IMG/VR virus record: IMGVR_UViG_3300043783_000058
Coordinates: 1-62,688 of that record
Length of the DNA: 62,688 bases
Reading direction: 5' to 3' (one strand)
Source: a virus
Lineage: Duplodnaviria > Caudoviricetes
In this document: piece by piece, positions 9,835-19,184 of the stretch
Layout: the number at the start of each line of letters is the position of its first letter
Numbering within the stretch: position 1 is the first letter of the stretch
The notes under the pieces: model-generated
Told to the model about the DNA's origin: nothing
Database searches by the model: none
Seen by the model: the letters and a program-made list of their open reading frames with translations, nothing else
Position numbers and translations under genes: made by a program

Positions 9835-11088
9835 CTAACCCAGGCTGTCCAGTCCAGCCAGGATGTTGCTGATCTCAGCTTCCATCTGTGGAGCAGGCGC
9901 GCTCGACACTTCTGTCGCTTGGGCATCAATCGTCACCGGCGCTCGTGCCGGGGGCGATTTGGACGCCGGCGGCGCGAACGGGTTCGGCGCTGTCTGCGCT
10001 ACCGGCTGAGGGGCCGGAGGCGCAGCCGGCTTCGACGGGGCCACCGTTGCGAACGGGTTCGCTGCAGGCGCCGCACTAGCGGAGGCGGCGACTGGGCTTG
10101 CCTCGTCGGTCTGTACCCGGAGCGTCCGGGGGGTGGGGTCAGCGACCGGTGCCACTGGCACCGCCCCGCGCGAAGCCGGCTGAACTGCTACTTGTCCCGG
10201 CTGCAGGCCCTGCGGCGGTGGCGGCTGCAGCTGATCGGCCGGCGTGGCCGCTTGCTGCGGGATCGCCTGCCACTCCACGTTGTTACGTGGGGCGTAGGTC
10301 GCGGGCTGCACGGGCGCGGGCTGAGCCTCGACCACCTCGGGGTGCTCGACGACCACGTCGTTGTCCGCGAGCACACGCTGCACGCTGTCGCTGGCGTACT
10401 GCTCCAGCACCTGATCCGCTTCCTCGTCGGTCAGCGGGCGCTGGGCTTTGAACACCGGCTTCGGGTGGGAAGCATCGAGGTCGAAGCTGATGCGCGTGAC
10501 CACCGAGTTGTACGGATAGCCGCGGCCCTTCAGCTGGTCGGACATGGCCGACAGCTCCTTGAGCGAGCTGGGCGGCACGCGGAACAGCATAGCGCCGCCG
10601 AGTCCGATGTTCATGATGTCGGCTGCGGGAACCACGGCGAGCTTCTTGGTGTCGCGGCAAGCCTTCTGCTTGACGCCGTTGTCACCGACGAGCGAGCCGA
10701 ACTGGTTCTTCGGGCACAGCGCGCACGACGTGGCCTGCTTCTTGCTGGACGCATCGCTGGGCTTCACGCCATCCAGGCTGTAGCAGACGGGCGGCGAAGT
10801 GCTGCCCTCGACGTACTTGCCCTCGAAATACTGCTTATTGAGGAAGCCGTTGGCCTTGACGATCACCACGTCGATGTAGCCCACGGGGGTCTGGTCTTCA
10901 TTCAGCAGGACCTTCTCCTCGCCCTTGTACTTGATCCGGAACTTGCCGGCCTTGATGCCGACGATCCCGTAGCTGCCTTTGATTCCGTCGCCCAGCTCGG
11001 TGCCGACGCCGGCTGCCACGAGCGGAGCAAACTTCTTCGAGAGGACAGCGCCTCCCTCCTGTGCGAACAGGGTTACTTGAGTGGACAC
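9835..11088 (-). CDS. ssDNA-binding/annealing-like replication protein with Pro/Ala-rich tail
   Basis: Cys pattern (PVCYSLDG..CALCPKNQFGS..KAC), VVTRISFD strand, acidic tip (EISNILAGLDSLG); lies between helicase and primase. Confidence 0.6.
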   Translation of the reverse strand: MSTQVTLFAQEGGAVLSKKFAPLVAAGVGTELGDGIKGSYGIVGIKAGKFRIKYKGEEKVLLNEDQTPVGYIDVVIVKANGFLNKQYFEGKYVEGSTSPPVCYSLDGVKPSDASSKKQATSCALCPKNQFGSLVGDNGVKQKACRDTKKLAVVPAADIMNIGLGGAMLFRVPPSSLKELSAMSDQLKGRGYPYNSVVTRISFDLDASHPKPVFKAQRPLTDEEADQVLEQYASDSVQRVLADNDVVVEHPEVVEAQPAPVQPATYAPRNNVEWQAIPQQAATPADQLQPPPPQGLQPGQVAVQPASRGAVPVAPVADPTPRTLRVQTDEASPVAASASAAPAANPFATVAPSKPAAPPAPQPVAQTAPNPFAPPASKSPPARAPVTIDAQATEVSSAPAPQMEAEISNILAGLDSLG

Positions 11089-11090
11089 GG

Positions 11091-11480
11091 TTACTTGCCT
11101 CCTGGTCTACGAATGTGACAAGAGATCTCCCGGCTGATTCTCAGGCCCGGAGGGATCTCGGAAGTGGACTCGATGTAGTCGGCGACAACAGATTTGCTGA
11201 CTCGCTTTTCGAGCATGGCCCAGAGGTCACGCTGCTTGATGAATGCAAGTGTAGCATCGAAATCGTCGACTGCAACAGTGGTATCTGTCTGCAGGAACGC
11301 GGTACCGGAGGCTGTTTTTGCAGACTCCTGGCCGCTATCCACCAACACCTTCTGGATGTAAGCCTCCAGCTTGAACATCTTGTCGGTGAGTTCCTTCATG
11401 GCGACGGCCTGCTTCTTCTTCAGGTCGTCCCGTAGATCGCGCAGCTGGATATAGCCGGCGATCACCTGGTCAATCGTCAT
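11091..11480 (-). CDS. Conserved phage replication-module protein (coiled-coil N-terminus)
   Basis: 129 aa, ATAG/ATGA-type coupling to the helicase stop; SAKTASGTAF..LEKRVSK..IPPGL pattern seen in phage proteins next to helicase/SSB genes. Confidence 0.65.
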   Translation of the reverse strand: MTIDQVIAGYIQLRDLRDDLKKKQAVAMKELTDKMFKLEAYIQKVLVDSGQESAKTASGTAFLQTDTTVAVDDFDATLAFIKQRDLWAMLEKRVSKSVVADYIESTSEIPPGLRISREISCHIRRPGGK

Positions 11481-13036
11481 AGTGCCTCCTGTTTCTCAAA
11501 CAACTCCAGAAGCGTCCCCTGCATGGCAGCGTTCGCTTTGAGCCTGGCGTACACCTTCCGCTCGGCGGCAGTGCCCTCGATGTGGATGATGTGTGTGTTC
11601 TGTGTCTGGCCCGCGCGCGTGATACGAGCGTTGGCCTGCTGGTAGATCTCCAGTGACTGCGGCGGCGAGGCCCAGATGATGGTGTTGGCCTGAGTCAAAG
11701 TCAACCCATGCGCCATTGTCTGGGGGTGGGCGACAATGACACGGAGATCCGCTGCAGCGGTCTGAAAATCTGCAAAGATTCTGGTCCGGTCTGGCTGGGA
11801 TACGTCGCCGTGAACTTGCGCGACTCGCCCTGCCCCCAGGTGCGCGACGAATACACCGTGGAGAAGCTGTACAAAGTACCTGAACGGAGCGAAGACAATA
11901 ACCTTTCCGCTACTGCCTTGGATGAGAGAAGCGATCTCTTGGAATCGGTCGACACCACCACAGTAGTGTCCTTTGCCCGCCGCGTCGTACGCGAAGCCTG
12001 CTGAGATCTGGAGGAGCTTTCCAAGTTTTACTCCTTCGTTCGCCGCGGTGATCTCTTTCGATTTGATCTGCGCGGCGTAGTGGTCGTGCATGTCCTTGTA
12101 CGCTTTCGCGGCGGGCGGCGCAAGCTGGACTGTGCGGGCGCTGTAGGTTGTTGGCGGGAGATCGAAGCACTCGGCGCGGGTGAACCTGACAGCGGGCTGC
12201 ATGATTGAGTGGGCGGTGTCGGCGGCGTCCGCACGGGGTACCCACTTAAATGTAGTGATCTGCCGCATGGTTCGGTCCTTGAAAGCCTTGAAGGAGAAGC
12301 CGGCAAGTTCCGGAGTAAGGAGCCGACTTTGACCGTACGCATCAGTTGGCGCATTAGGTGTTGGACTTCCCGTGAGTCCCCATGCAAAGTTGCTACGGCG
12401 CACAACTGGCTCCAGGTACTTCCATCGGTTGGTCCTGCGGTTGCGGTACGAAGCAAGCTCGTCAACCACGACTCCGTCAAGGTCACTTCGAGCAAACAGC
12501 TCGCCATGCAGGACCTCAACTCCGTCGTGGTTGATAATGTAGACATCAGCTTGCTCAGAAAATCGTTTGAGTCTTTTGGCTTTTGATCCATGCAACACTT
12601 TCGTGGTGAGGTGTGGGAAGTTGCGAAAGATCTCATCCACCCACACGGTTTCAAGGGTGCTCAGCGGCGCGACCACGAGCAGCCTGTGCAGCAGACCCTC
12701 CCGGCGGAGGTAGTCATAGGCCCACAGGACTGCCCGCGTCTTGCCAACGCCCATCTCACTCAGGACATAGGCGCGACGTGCGATGCTGCAAAGGTCAGCG
12801 GTCACACGCTGGGAGTCGAAAGGCGTACCGCCGCCCCAGTCGTAGTAGTACCCGATTGGGGACGGTGCGTTCAGCCCCAGGTTTCGAAGGAGGCGTACCG
12901 TGTCCACCTTGTGGGCCACAGCTAGCCACCAGTCGCCGCCGGCCTGGAACCTCTGCGCTACGTTGCTGCCGAGGGTGTGCTCCACGTCAGCGCGGTATGG
13001 CAGTACGATCTTCCGGTGCTCCGGGAAAACTTTCAT
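11477..13036 (-). CDS. SNF2-family (SF2) DNA helicase
   Basis: EMGVGKT (motif I), VVDE (II), LTGSP (III), HGLTLT and QANARITRAGQ (V/VI). Start taken at ATG 13036, coupled to the upstream stop. Confidence 0.9.
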   Translation of the reverse strand: MKVFPEHRKIVLPYRADVEHTLGSNVAQRFQAGGDWWLAVAHKVDTVRLLRNLGLNAPSPIGYYYDWGGGTPFDSQRVTADLCSIARRAYVLSEMGVGKTRAVLWAYDYLRREGLLHRLLVVAPLSTLETVWVDEIFRNFPHLTTKVLHGSKAKRLKRFSEQADVYIINHDGVEVLHGELFARSDLDGVVVDELASYRNRRTNRWKYLEPVVRRSNFAWGLTGSPTPNAPTDAYGQSRLLTPELAGFSFKAFKDRTMRQITTFKWVPRADAADTAHSIMQPAVRFTRAECFDLPPTTYSARTVQLAPPAAKAYKDMHDHYAAQIKSKEITAANEGVKLGKLLQISAGFAYDAAGKGHYCGGVDRFQEIASLIQGSSGKVIVFAPFRYFVQLLHGVFVAHLGAGRVAQVHGDVSQPDRTRIFADFQTAAADLRVIVAHPQTMAHGLTLTQANTIIWASPPQSLEIYQQANARITRAGQTQNTHIIHIEGTAAERKVYARLKANAAMQGTLLELFEKQEAL

Positions 13037-13266
13037 GAGCTGGGCGGGTACTGCTTGCTCAACTCGATCAGCCGGTCTGCTACCCGCAGACACGCTACCA
13101 ATTCTTCATCAATGACTTTCTCCGCGTTCTCCTTCGCCAGATGCAGCTGCTGAATCCGCGTAGCAGCATTGGATACAAACGGCGGCGCTACCGCGGCTGC
13201 TATCAGCAGGCGCGTCTGCACGCTGCCGAGCAGTGCGGCCATCGCTTGCGCGGTCACGTCATCCAC
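13033..13266 (-). CDS. Hypothetical protein
   Basis: Fills the operon gap with overlaps at both ends; GTG start. Confidence 0.5.
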   Translation of the reverse strand: MDDVTAQAMAALLGSVQTRLLIAAAVAPPFVSNAATRIQQLHLAKENAEKVIDEELVACLRVADRLIELSKQYPPSS

Positions 13267-13546
13267 GGGGCTTACCCAACAGCGCAAGCGTCGTCGCTAA
13301 TGCCGACGGCCATCCAAGCCCGTCGATCTCTGACTGCGTCAGGATGTTTGCCATCAGCACAGTGATCGGGTCGATGATCGACACGACCTTACCGTAGATT
13401 GCCGGGGACCCCGCCATCTTGTTCGTGAAGCCGCTCGGGCTCAGGTCGAACGAGAAGCGAGGGCAGCCAAAGCTATCGCAGACAACGTAGATCGTTTCGA
13501 TCTTAGCCATCGGCGCCTGATGCTCGACTGGGAAGTGGTGGATCAT
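13259..13546 (-). CDS. Hypothetical protein (95 aa)
   Basis: ATG overlaps the exonuclease stop (ATGA); co-oriented. Confidence 0.55.
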   Translation of the reverse strand: MIHHFPVEHQAPMAKIETIYVVCDSFGCPRFSFDLSPSGFTNKMAGSPAIYGKVVSIIDPITVLMANILTQSEIDGLGWPSALATTLALLGKPRG

Positions 13547-14145
13547 AGCCGCACCGTGTGCTTCAAGCCGCCGTTCAGGATGAACTTCTCCATCGCCACA
13601 ACGGCACGAGCCTGCGCGCAGGCATCCTCGACGGCGTTGTGGGATACGTACATGCCGCGGGCTGCGCCGTTCATCTCGTCGGTCCAGCCCATCTTCCCCG
13701 CGATCTCCCGGATGGTCCGGTACGAGCGCGGCTGGTTGTACTGGAACGGCCAGTGGGGTAGGCCGGTCGGCCGGCTGATGGTCTGGATCAGGGGCTCCCG
13801 GCGCCACCAGTTCTCAAGGATCACGAAGTCGAAGTGGGGGTCGTTGGCCCAGACCGTCTTGCACTCGTAGCGCCGCCACAAGGCCAGCAGTTCGGTCGCC
13901 GCCTGGAAGGGCCACACCCGCCCATCGGGGCCGAACGTCGCCTGCTGCGCCTCCTTGGACTGGCTCAGCCACCATTCGATGGTGCCCGGGTCTATGTGCC
14001 CGTGCCACGCGCCGCGCAGGATGGGCCAGCTGCCCATGTCGATCACCTTCTGCTCGGGGTTGAACACGGCTACCCCGATGGCCACGATGGCGGCGTCGTT
14101 GTGGGTGCTCAGCGTTTCGAGGTCGATCATCAATGCGTTATTCAC
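13543..14145 (-). CDS. DEDDh 3'-5' exonuclease/exoribonuclease (DUF5051-like)
   Basis: MIDLETL (ExoI), WANDPHFD (ExoII), HNAVEDA (ExoIII). Confidence 0.85.
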   Translation of the reverse strand: MNNALMIDLETLSTHNDAAIVAIGVAVFNPEQKVIDMGSWPILRGAWHGHIDPGTIEWWLSQSKEAQQATFGPDGRVWPFQAATELLALWRRYECKTVWANDPHFDFVILENWWRREPLIQTISRPTGLPHWPFQYNQPRSYRTIREIAGKMGWTDEMNGAARGMYVSHNAVEDACAQARAVVAMEKFILNGGLKHTVRL

Positions 14146-14509
14146 GTTTCGTAATCTCCAGGTCCTTGCCCAGCACCTCGGCCATGTGCTGAGCGGTATA
14201 CATACCTAACGCACCACCCTGGGGGTTCGCGAGCCACGCGTACAGCTCCCACATCCCCGGTCCCTCGGCGGCGTCCACGAGGAACACGGAGCCACCGGCG
14301 TTGAGCACGTCGCTGGCCGTCTCGCACTGGCGCCGGGTCATCTTCCCACCCGGGGCCTTGGCTTCGATGGCCGCGTACATGCCGCGGTGGCAGACGTGGT
14401 AATCGAGCGCGGGCTTACCCATCCCGTTCTGCACGGGCTTGTGCCGGTACGCCTCGAACTCAGCGAGCACGGCGTCGATCCGACTCTTGACCTGACCTTC
14501 AGGCGTCAC
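14138..14509 (-). CDS. VRR-NUC (PD-(D/E)XK) nuclease / Holliday junction resolvase-like
   Basis: TPEGQVK..GKPALD..AIEAKAPGGKMTRRQ..AGG pattern; probable GTG start at 14509. Confidence 0.85.
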   Translation of the reverse strand: MTPEGQVKSRIDAVLAEFEAYRHKPVQNGMGKPALDYHVCHRGMYAAIEAKAPGGKMTRRQCETASDVLNAGGSVFLVDAAEGPGMWELYAWLANPQGGALGMYTAQHMAEVLGKDLEITKRE

Positions 14510-15086
14510 GTCCTTCGCCAGCTGGGGGTTGTATGCCGCCAGCAGCTGACCGTGCACCATCTGCGTCGTCATCTCCGGCGGCATTGGGATCAATTCCCAG
14601 TCCGAGCTCGTCGTCCCCCTCCCCTCGCTCAGATCGAACTGGGGTGAAGATCGCATCCAGTGCGGTGTGCTGGTGAGGGTTGTGATCACGGAACAGCTCC
14701 TTCAGGTGTTGTTGAATCCTCGCCGCGTCGGCGACAGCCTTGGATAGATCGGGCTGCACGGGCGGGCGGTCGTCGTTGAGCTTGTTGCTCGTGTACGCGT
14801 CCACAATGATCCCGATGCACGCGAGCATCGAGGACAGGTGGGGCACTTTCGTCTCGGGGTCGGCCCACTCACCCGCCATGAACTTCATCTTGTGCCGCTC
14901 CAGCGCTGCGATGTAGATCGACAGCCGCACGCCTGCCACGCGCCAGTTGAACTTGCCGTACTTGAGCGCGCCCTCAGCGAAGCCCAGCGAGGCGAACAGG
15001 ACCATAGAGTCGGGCACGAGATCGAGGTGGATCTTGCTCGACCCGATGTGATCCTTCGGGTTGGTCAGCTTGGGATCGTGCGTCAT
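14499..15086 (-). CDS. dATP/dGTP diphosphohydrolase-like protein (DUF5664 family)
   Basis: NPKD..G..K..LDLVP, EGALKYGKFNWR, YIAALERH..GEWADPETKVPHL, DDRP motifs. Confidence 0.82.
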   Translation of the reverse strand: MTHDPKLTNPKDHIGSSKIHLDLVPDSMVLFASLGFAEGALKYGKFNWRVAGVRLSIYIAALERHKMKFMAGEWADPETKVPHLSSMLACIGIIVDAYTSNKLNDDRPPVQPDLSKAVADAARIQQHLKELFRDHNPHQHTALDAIFTPVRSERGEGDDELGLGIDPNAAGDDDADGARSAAGGIQPPAGEGRDA

Positions 15087-15553
15087 CGCAGCAGCTTCAG
15101 TCGATCCTCAATCGCCTTGCTCACGGACCACAGCACCGTGAACCTGGAGATGGGAACGAATGTCTCCGTGTCGTCATGCCACCGGTAGAACTCGAACCGG
15201 TTATCGGACGGGCGCTTCTCGTCTGTGAGGAGGGCAGTGACCGCCTCCAGATTCGCGCCGCGGGACTTCTCCCACCCATCCATGAAGATGATGCCGTCGA
15301 TCTTGTCAGCAATCAGCAGCACGTCTTTGGCCAGGATCTGGCCCCACGTTTCACCGCCGACCTTGCCGTCCTTGTCGTACGTGCCGTCCTTCGACTTCAT
15401 CGCAGCGGCCTGAACGGCGGGGGAGTCCTGCTCAGCAGGGCTGATGATCGTCAGCCCCTTCGCTCGCAGCAGCGCAGCGACCCGATGGAACTTCGGGAAG
15501 TTGTACTGCTTGTAGCCGGTCATCGGACCAGCCAGGTAGTAGGTCTTATTCAA
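15083..15553 (-). CDS. Nucleoside 2-deoxyribosyltransferase-like protein (DUF4406/DUF1937 family)
   Basis: [19 protein letters not shown] and [11 protein letters not shown] motifs; TTG start overlapping the upstream stop. Confidence 0.8.
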   Translation of the reverse strand: MNKTYYLAGPMTGYKQYNFPKFHRVAALLRAKGLTIISPAEQDSPAVQAAAMKSKDGTYDKDGKVGGETWGQILAKDVLLIADKIDGIIFMDGWEKSRGANLEAVTALLTDEKRPSDNRFEFYRWHDDTETFVPISRFTVLWSVSKAIEDRLKLLR

Positions 15554-15822
15554 GATACATCTCCATTCTCCTTGATCTTGGTGTCTTCGTAGGGCGCGGC
15601 TGCGCGCCGATAGAATTCTAGCTTGGCGCATTCCAACACGCCGACCACTTCGTTGAGGTGGGCGTAGCGCGTCGGTCCTTGGGTCAGCGTGGTATGGTCG
15701 TACGCTTGCCCCTGCAGATAGGTCCTGCACAGCTGGGTGATGGCGTAGTTCAGCTCGCCAGCGTTGCGCGGGAACTCGCCAGCGTCCAAGCGCTGGCGAT
15801 CCTTCGGTGTTACGTATGGCAT
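15550..15822 (-). CDS. Small helical conserved phage protein (DUF6899-like)
   Basis: [42 protein letters not shown] pattern; TGATG coupling. Confidence 0.75.
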   Translation of the reverse strand: MPYVTPKDRQRLDAGEFPRNAGELNYAITQLCRTYLQGQAYDHTTLTQGPTRYAHLNEVVGVLECAKLEFYRRAAAPYEDTKIKENGDVS

Positions 15823-16316
15823 CACTCCTCCGGAACCATCTCGCTGCTCGACTGCACCAGCTCCTTCGGATGGCGCGGCACGATCTGCGGCGTGGGATCG
15901 GGAACCGGGGCCGAGCGCACGTGCTCGACCGCCGCGCCCGGTGGTAGTTTCCTGTAGTCGCCCCACTTTCGCTGGGTGTTCTTGTGGTACTTGCTCGTGA
16001 GGGCAGCAGCCACCTGCAGCGGCGTGTACCCGGCGCGGAAGGCGCCGTCGAACGCGAGGATCGCCACGTCGATCCACTCCTCAAGGTCGTGCGGCTCGCG
16101 GTCCACCTCGGCTAGTTCCTTCCTGATGTGGTTGCGCACTCCGAGTGTCGGGTCTTGAATCGGTGGACGAGATCCCGGCGTGCCGAACGCCCTGAACGAG
16201 AACTCCCGCGCGGTGGTCAGGATGCTTGCGAGCGGGAGGATCATGCGCCCATCGAAATCGTGGACGGTGAAATCCACGGGCGCCGCGGGCGCGGCGGACT
16301 CAGTTACTTCTGCCAA
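15822..16316 (-). CDS. MazG-like dATP/dGTP pyrophosphohydrolase (DUF550 family)
   Basis: [30 protein letters not shown] motif; GAGGAG RBS before TTG 16316. Confidence 0.82.
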   Translation of the reverse strand: MAEVTESAAPAAPVDFTVHDFDGRMILPLASILTTAREFSFRAFGTPGSRPPIQDPTLGVRNHIRKELAEVDREPHDLEEWIDVAILAFDGAFRAGYTPLQVAAALTSKYHKNTQRKWGDYRKLPPGAAVEHVRSAPVPDPTPQIVPRHPKELVQSSSEMVPEE

Positions 16317-16326
16317 TGTAATCTCC

Positions 16327-16683
16327 TCAGCTGGGAAGCCAGCTATCGTTTCGAAAGGGTCGCTTGACGTTGTTCGCGCCGTTGCGCCAGGCGCTCCACG
16401 CCCACGCAATGGCCGCGGCCGGCACCCACGGGCGGAACCCTGTGGGATACAACGCGCCACCAACCAGGATGGCCTGCTGTCCGGACACGCCGTCTTCGGC
16501 GTTGCCGTACCACGCGTTGAGCCAGCCCCACGCCCACTGGTCTACGGGCGGGTGGCCGGGCTTGATCGACTTGAGCGTCGGCGCTGTCCATGCCTTGCAG
16601 ATGCACGGCAGGATCAGGATGAAGTAGCCCACTGCTTGGGCCACTGCGATTTTCACTTGGTCTTTCCATGTCATGACAAGCAT
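16327..16683 (-). CDS. Trp-rich putative membrane protein
   Basis: N-terminal hydrophobic helix; W..N.EDG..G and W.WRN..NN pattern found in phage membrane proteins. Confidence 0.6.
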   Translation of the reverse strand: MLVMTWKDQVKIAVAQAVGYFILILPCICKAWTAPTLKSIKPGHPPVDQWAWGWLNAWYGNAEDGVSGQQAILVGGALYPTGFRPWVPAAAIAWAWSAWRNGANNVKRPFRNDSWLPS

Positions 16684-16967
16684 CGGACTAACACCTCCAG
16701 CAGAGTGCCGAGCACTATGCCTGTTGCGTAACCAACGAAGTCTGACCACCCATCCGCGAAGGTCTGCGGCGGGGTCGTCTCGTAATGGATGTCGAACCAG
16801 AACTCTTTCCAAGCTGCGAGTAGCAACAGACCGGCCAGCGTCCACGGTCGATTGTGTGAGACGTGCAGAAGCAAGAACGTCCACGTGCAGGCGAACCAGC
16901 AGTGGGCGTTGAACGTCACGAAGCCCGGGCTCTCCGTGATCTGCGCGACCTTATCGACGATGGTCAA
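16671..16967 (-). CDS. Small multi-pass membrane protein
   Basis: 98 aa, three hydrophobic segments with KE..D and D...Y..G motifs. Confidence 0.65.
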   Translation of the reverse strand: MTIVDKVAQITESPGFVTFNAHCWFACTWTFLLLHVSHNRPWTLAGLLLLAAWKEFWFDIHYETTPPQTFADGWSDFVGYATGIVLGTLLEVLVRCLS

Positions 16968-16968
16968 C

Positions 16969-18561
16969 TCACATTCTCCAGGTGCCGTCGATGATGTTGA
17001 TCAGCTGCCGCTTGCCGTCGGCGTGCAAGATGCAATGGGTGTTCAGCCAGCTCGACGGTCCGCGATTGTACTCCAGTCGCAGGTAAGAGCTAGTGCCCAC
17101 CTGATAGCAGCCTTCCTCTATTCCCGGTGTGTGAGAGTGTCCAATAATAGAGCGCGTACCGATACGACGCAGACCACGAATGGACCCAGGTGCTCCGCTG
17201 GGGCCAACGTCTCCGTGCATCCCCAGTTCCACACCCGCCACAACCAGCGACTCGTCTCCGGATAGTGCCGTGACGTTCGATCCTGCGGATGCCAGCAGCA
17301 TCCCAAACGGGCTAGGATATTCAGTCCCTCCGACGCCCAGCTTGGTTGCCTTGACCATGGCCAGAGCCGTCGCCAAATAGAACTCGGCATTGGTCGGGTC
17401 CTCCTTCCAGTCGGCCTTGACTATCCAGCGCCTCAGCATGTCGTCATGGTTTGAACTAACGACAACGCCATGTCGTGTGCTGGATGTCCTTGCGGATACG
17501 TACTCAATCGCCCGCGCCACTTCCGCCCCAGCCGAGAGGCGACCAGCACGTAGCTTCGCGATGGCGTTAAAAGGGTTGCCTGCATGATGGGGATTGACCG
17601 AGTACGAGTCAAGGAGGTCATGAAAGACAAGACGCTTCGGCTGAAGGGTTTCCACAAGGCCCCCTTCACCAAATGTCCCGCGCTCGACCGCCGGGTCCAC
17701 GAAATCAACATGCGTATCTCCTAGCACGATGGCCTCGGGCGCCGGCGCGGGGCGCGAGCCCTTCGGCCCGTAGCGTTTGGTCAGGTCAGTGAACTCACCT
17801 GTCTCCTTGTCCGCATGGACGTGGCGCAGATGAAAGATCTTGTCTTCGAACTCCACGATCACGGCGCTGAAGCTGTGATGGAATTCGCCCAGCTTCCCTC
17901 GCTTGGTGTCGGTGTAGTTCTTGATCGTTACTGCCCCCGTCGTGGTGAGCAGCTTCGGCAGCTTGGTCTTCGGCACCGGTATGGTACGCAGCTGCAACTT
18001 GGTGTGGCCAAAGATCGCAGACTCCGGACCGGAGATCGACTCGAAGCCCCGCAGCGGTTCGCTGGCCGCGGCCTCGGTCTTGATGTCCGCCATCAGGATC
18101 AGGTTGTCGTTGATCGTGCGGCGTGTGTTCCACAGGTACTTCACGACTGCTGGGTCCCACCACTCGCGGCTCTCCTGGCGCTTCGACCAGACCGACGTGG
18201 GGTTCTTGTACCGCAGCGGGACGACCAGCAGCTCGGCTGAATTCTCCAGCGCGTACGCTTCCAGTGACTGCAGGAAGGCGCTGTGCACCGGGGTGGCATT
18301 CTGTGCCGCGGTGATCACGAGCCGCTTGGTGGTCTTCAGGAAGCGCTGGAAAACCTTCGGCGCCTCCACGACTCCTGCCTGCGTCCGCGGCTGCTGCATG
18401 GGCTCAGTAGTTGAGTAGCAGTACGGGCCGTTCTTCTTACTGCACTCCCACCGCACCGCGCCGCCCTTGGTCGTGTTTCCACGATGCATGGGTCCCCCAC
18501 ACTTAGGGCACGCGGGGACCAGATTTCCTTTGCGATTTTTTATCATCTTACCGGCGTACAT
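16969..18561 (-). CDS. Zn-ribbon + calcineurin-like metallophosphoesterase (T5 A1-like nuclease candidate)
   Basis: CPKC..C..C N-terminus; LGDTH, HDLLD, SNHD, MHGD, GHSH are the five metallophosphoesterase motifs; 530 aa. Confidence 0.75.
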   Translation of the reverse strand: MYAGKMIKNRKGNLVPACPKCGGPMHRGNTTKGGAVRWECSKKNGPYCYSTTEPMQQPRTQAGVVEAPKVFQRFLKTTKRLVITAAQNATPVHSAFLQSLEAYALENSAELLVVPLRYKNPTSVWSKRQESREWWDPAVVKYLWNTRRTINDNLILMADIKTEAAASEPLRGFESISGPESAIFGHTKLQLRTIPVPKTKLPKLLTTTGAVTIKNYTDTKRGKLGEFHHSFSAVIVEFEDKIFHLRHVHADKETGEFTDLTKRYGPKGSRPAPAPEAIVLGDTHVDFVDPAVERGTFGEGGLVETLQPKRLVFHDLLDSYSVNPHHAGNPFNAIAKLRAGRLSAGAEVARAIEYVSARTSSTRHGVVVSSNHDDMLRRWIVKADWKEDPTNAEFYLATALAMVKATKLGVGGTEYPSPFGMLLASAGSNVTALSGDESLVVAGVELGMHGDVGPSGAPGSIRGLRRIGTRSIIGHSHTPGIEEGCYQVGTSSYLRLEYNRGPSSWLNTHCILHADGKRQLINIIDGTWRM

Positions 18562-18564
18562 ACA

Positions 18565-19011
18565 TTATCCTCGCTTCATCGTTTGCACGTCGCCGCCCGT
18601 GTTCGGGTCCCAGCGCATGGCTGTTCGAACTGCTTCCTCGGCGGTGGCACCGTGCGCCATCGCCCCCATAGCGTACCCGTGTCCGGTGCCGATAGCATAG
18701 AACTCATCGGTGATCTTGTTTGGGCGGCACCATTTGTCGTACCAGAATAGGCCGTCTTTCGTTAGCACGAGGCAGCAGAAGTCTGCCTCTCCGTCCACGA
18801 GGCGGGCTGGGGGCTTCGGCCTTCGGCCTTTCTTCTTCGCCCCGTACCAGTCCACGAAGATCATCCCCGTGGTGTCGTCACCCGCAGTCGCGATGATGTC
18901 GCCGTCCACCTGGAACAGCTTCTCGGTGCGATAGATACCCGGGTGGTACCCCTCATCGGTGCCACGCGTGTCCGCGGCGATCACGCCGTCTCGGTACGCA
19001 ATGGTGGTCAC
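18565..19011 (-). CDS. HslV/proteasome beta-subunit-like Ntn hydrolase (148 aa)
   Basis: GTG 19011 overlaps the upstream TGA; (M)TTIAY..VIAADTR..K..TAGD..AIGTG..AMGAM..D.NTGG match Thr1-nucleophile proteases. Confidence 0.8.
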   Translation of the reverse strand: MTTIAYRDGVIAADTRGTDEGYHPGIYRTEKLFQVDGDIIATAGDDTTGMIFVDWYGAKKKGRRPKPPARLVDGEADFCCLVLTKDGLFWYDKWCRPNKITDEFYAIGTGHGYAMGAMAHGATAEEAVRTAMRWDPNTGGDVQTMKRG

Positions 19012-19184
19012 GCTATACACCGCGTGCAGCGCAGACGTTTGTCGCGTACTTGCGGGCCGTGCTTCCAGCCAAGCCACATCGGTCGCCCGCACCATGTTAG
19101 GTTGCCCTCGGTGATAGTGTTGGCGCGGTGAAAAATCTTACCGCGCGGCGCGGCGACGGAGTAGAAACGGCGGACTTTGCTCAT
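19008..19184 (-). CDS. Small Zn-finger protein (58 aa)
   Basis: H..WCG..CTRC; ATGA overlap with the upstream gene. Confidence 0.6.
   Translation of the reverse strand: MSKVRRFYSVAAPRGKIFHRANTITEGNLTWCGRPMWLGWKHGPQVRDKRLRCTRCIA

Noticed and set aside
9490-11118. 542-aa + strand ORF and other long antisense ORFs (1740..3230, 2437..3693, 3988..5232, 23805..25187, 54371..55642, 60419..61795)
   Set aside because: They are shadows of well-supported genes in GC-rich DNA, with no motifs and Arg/Leu/Val-rich antisense composition.
14499-16316. Calling this a Z-genome (2-aminoadenine) phage
   Set aside because: No PurZ/PurA-like ORF is present in an apparently complete genome.
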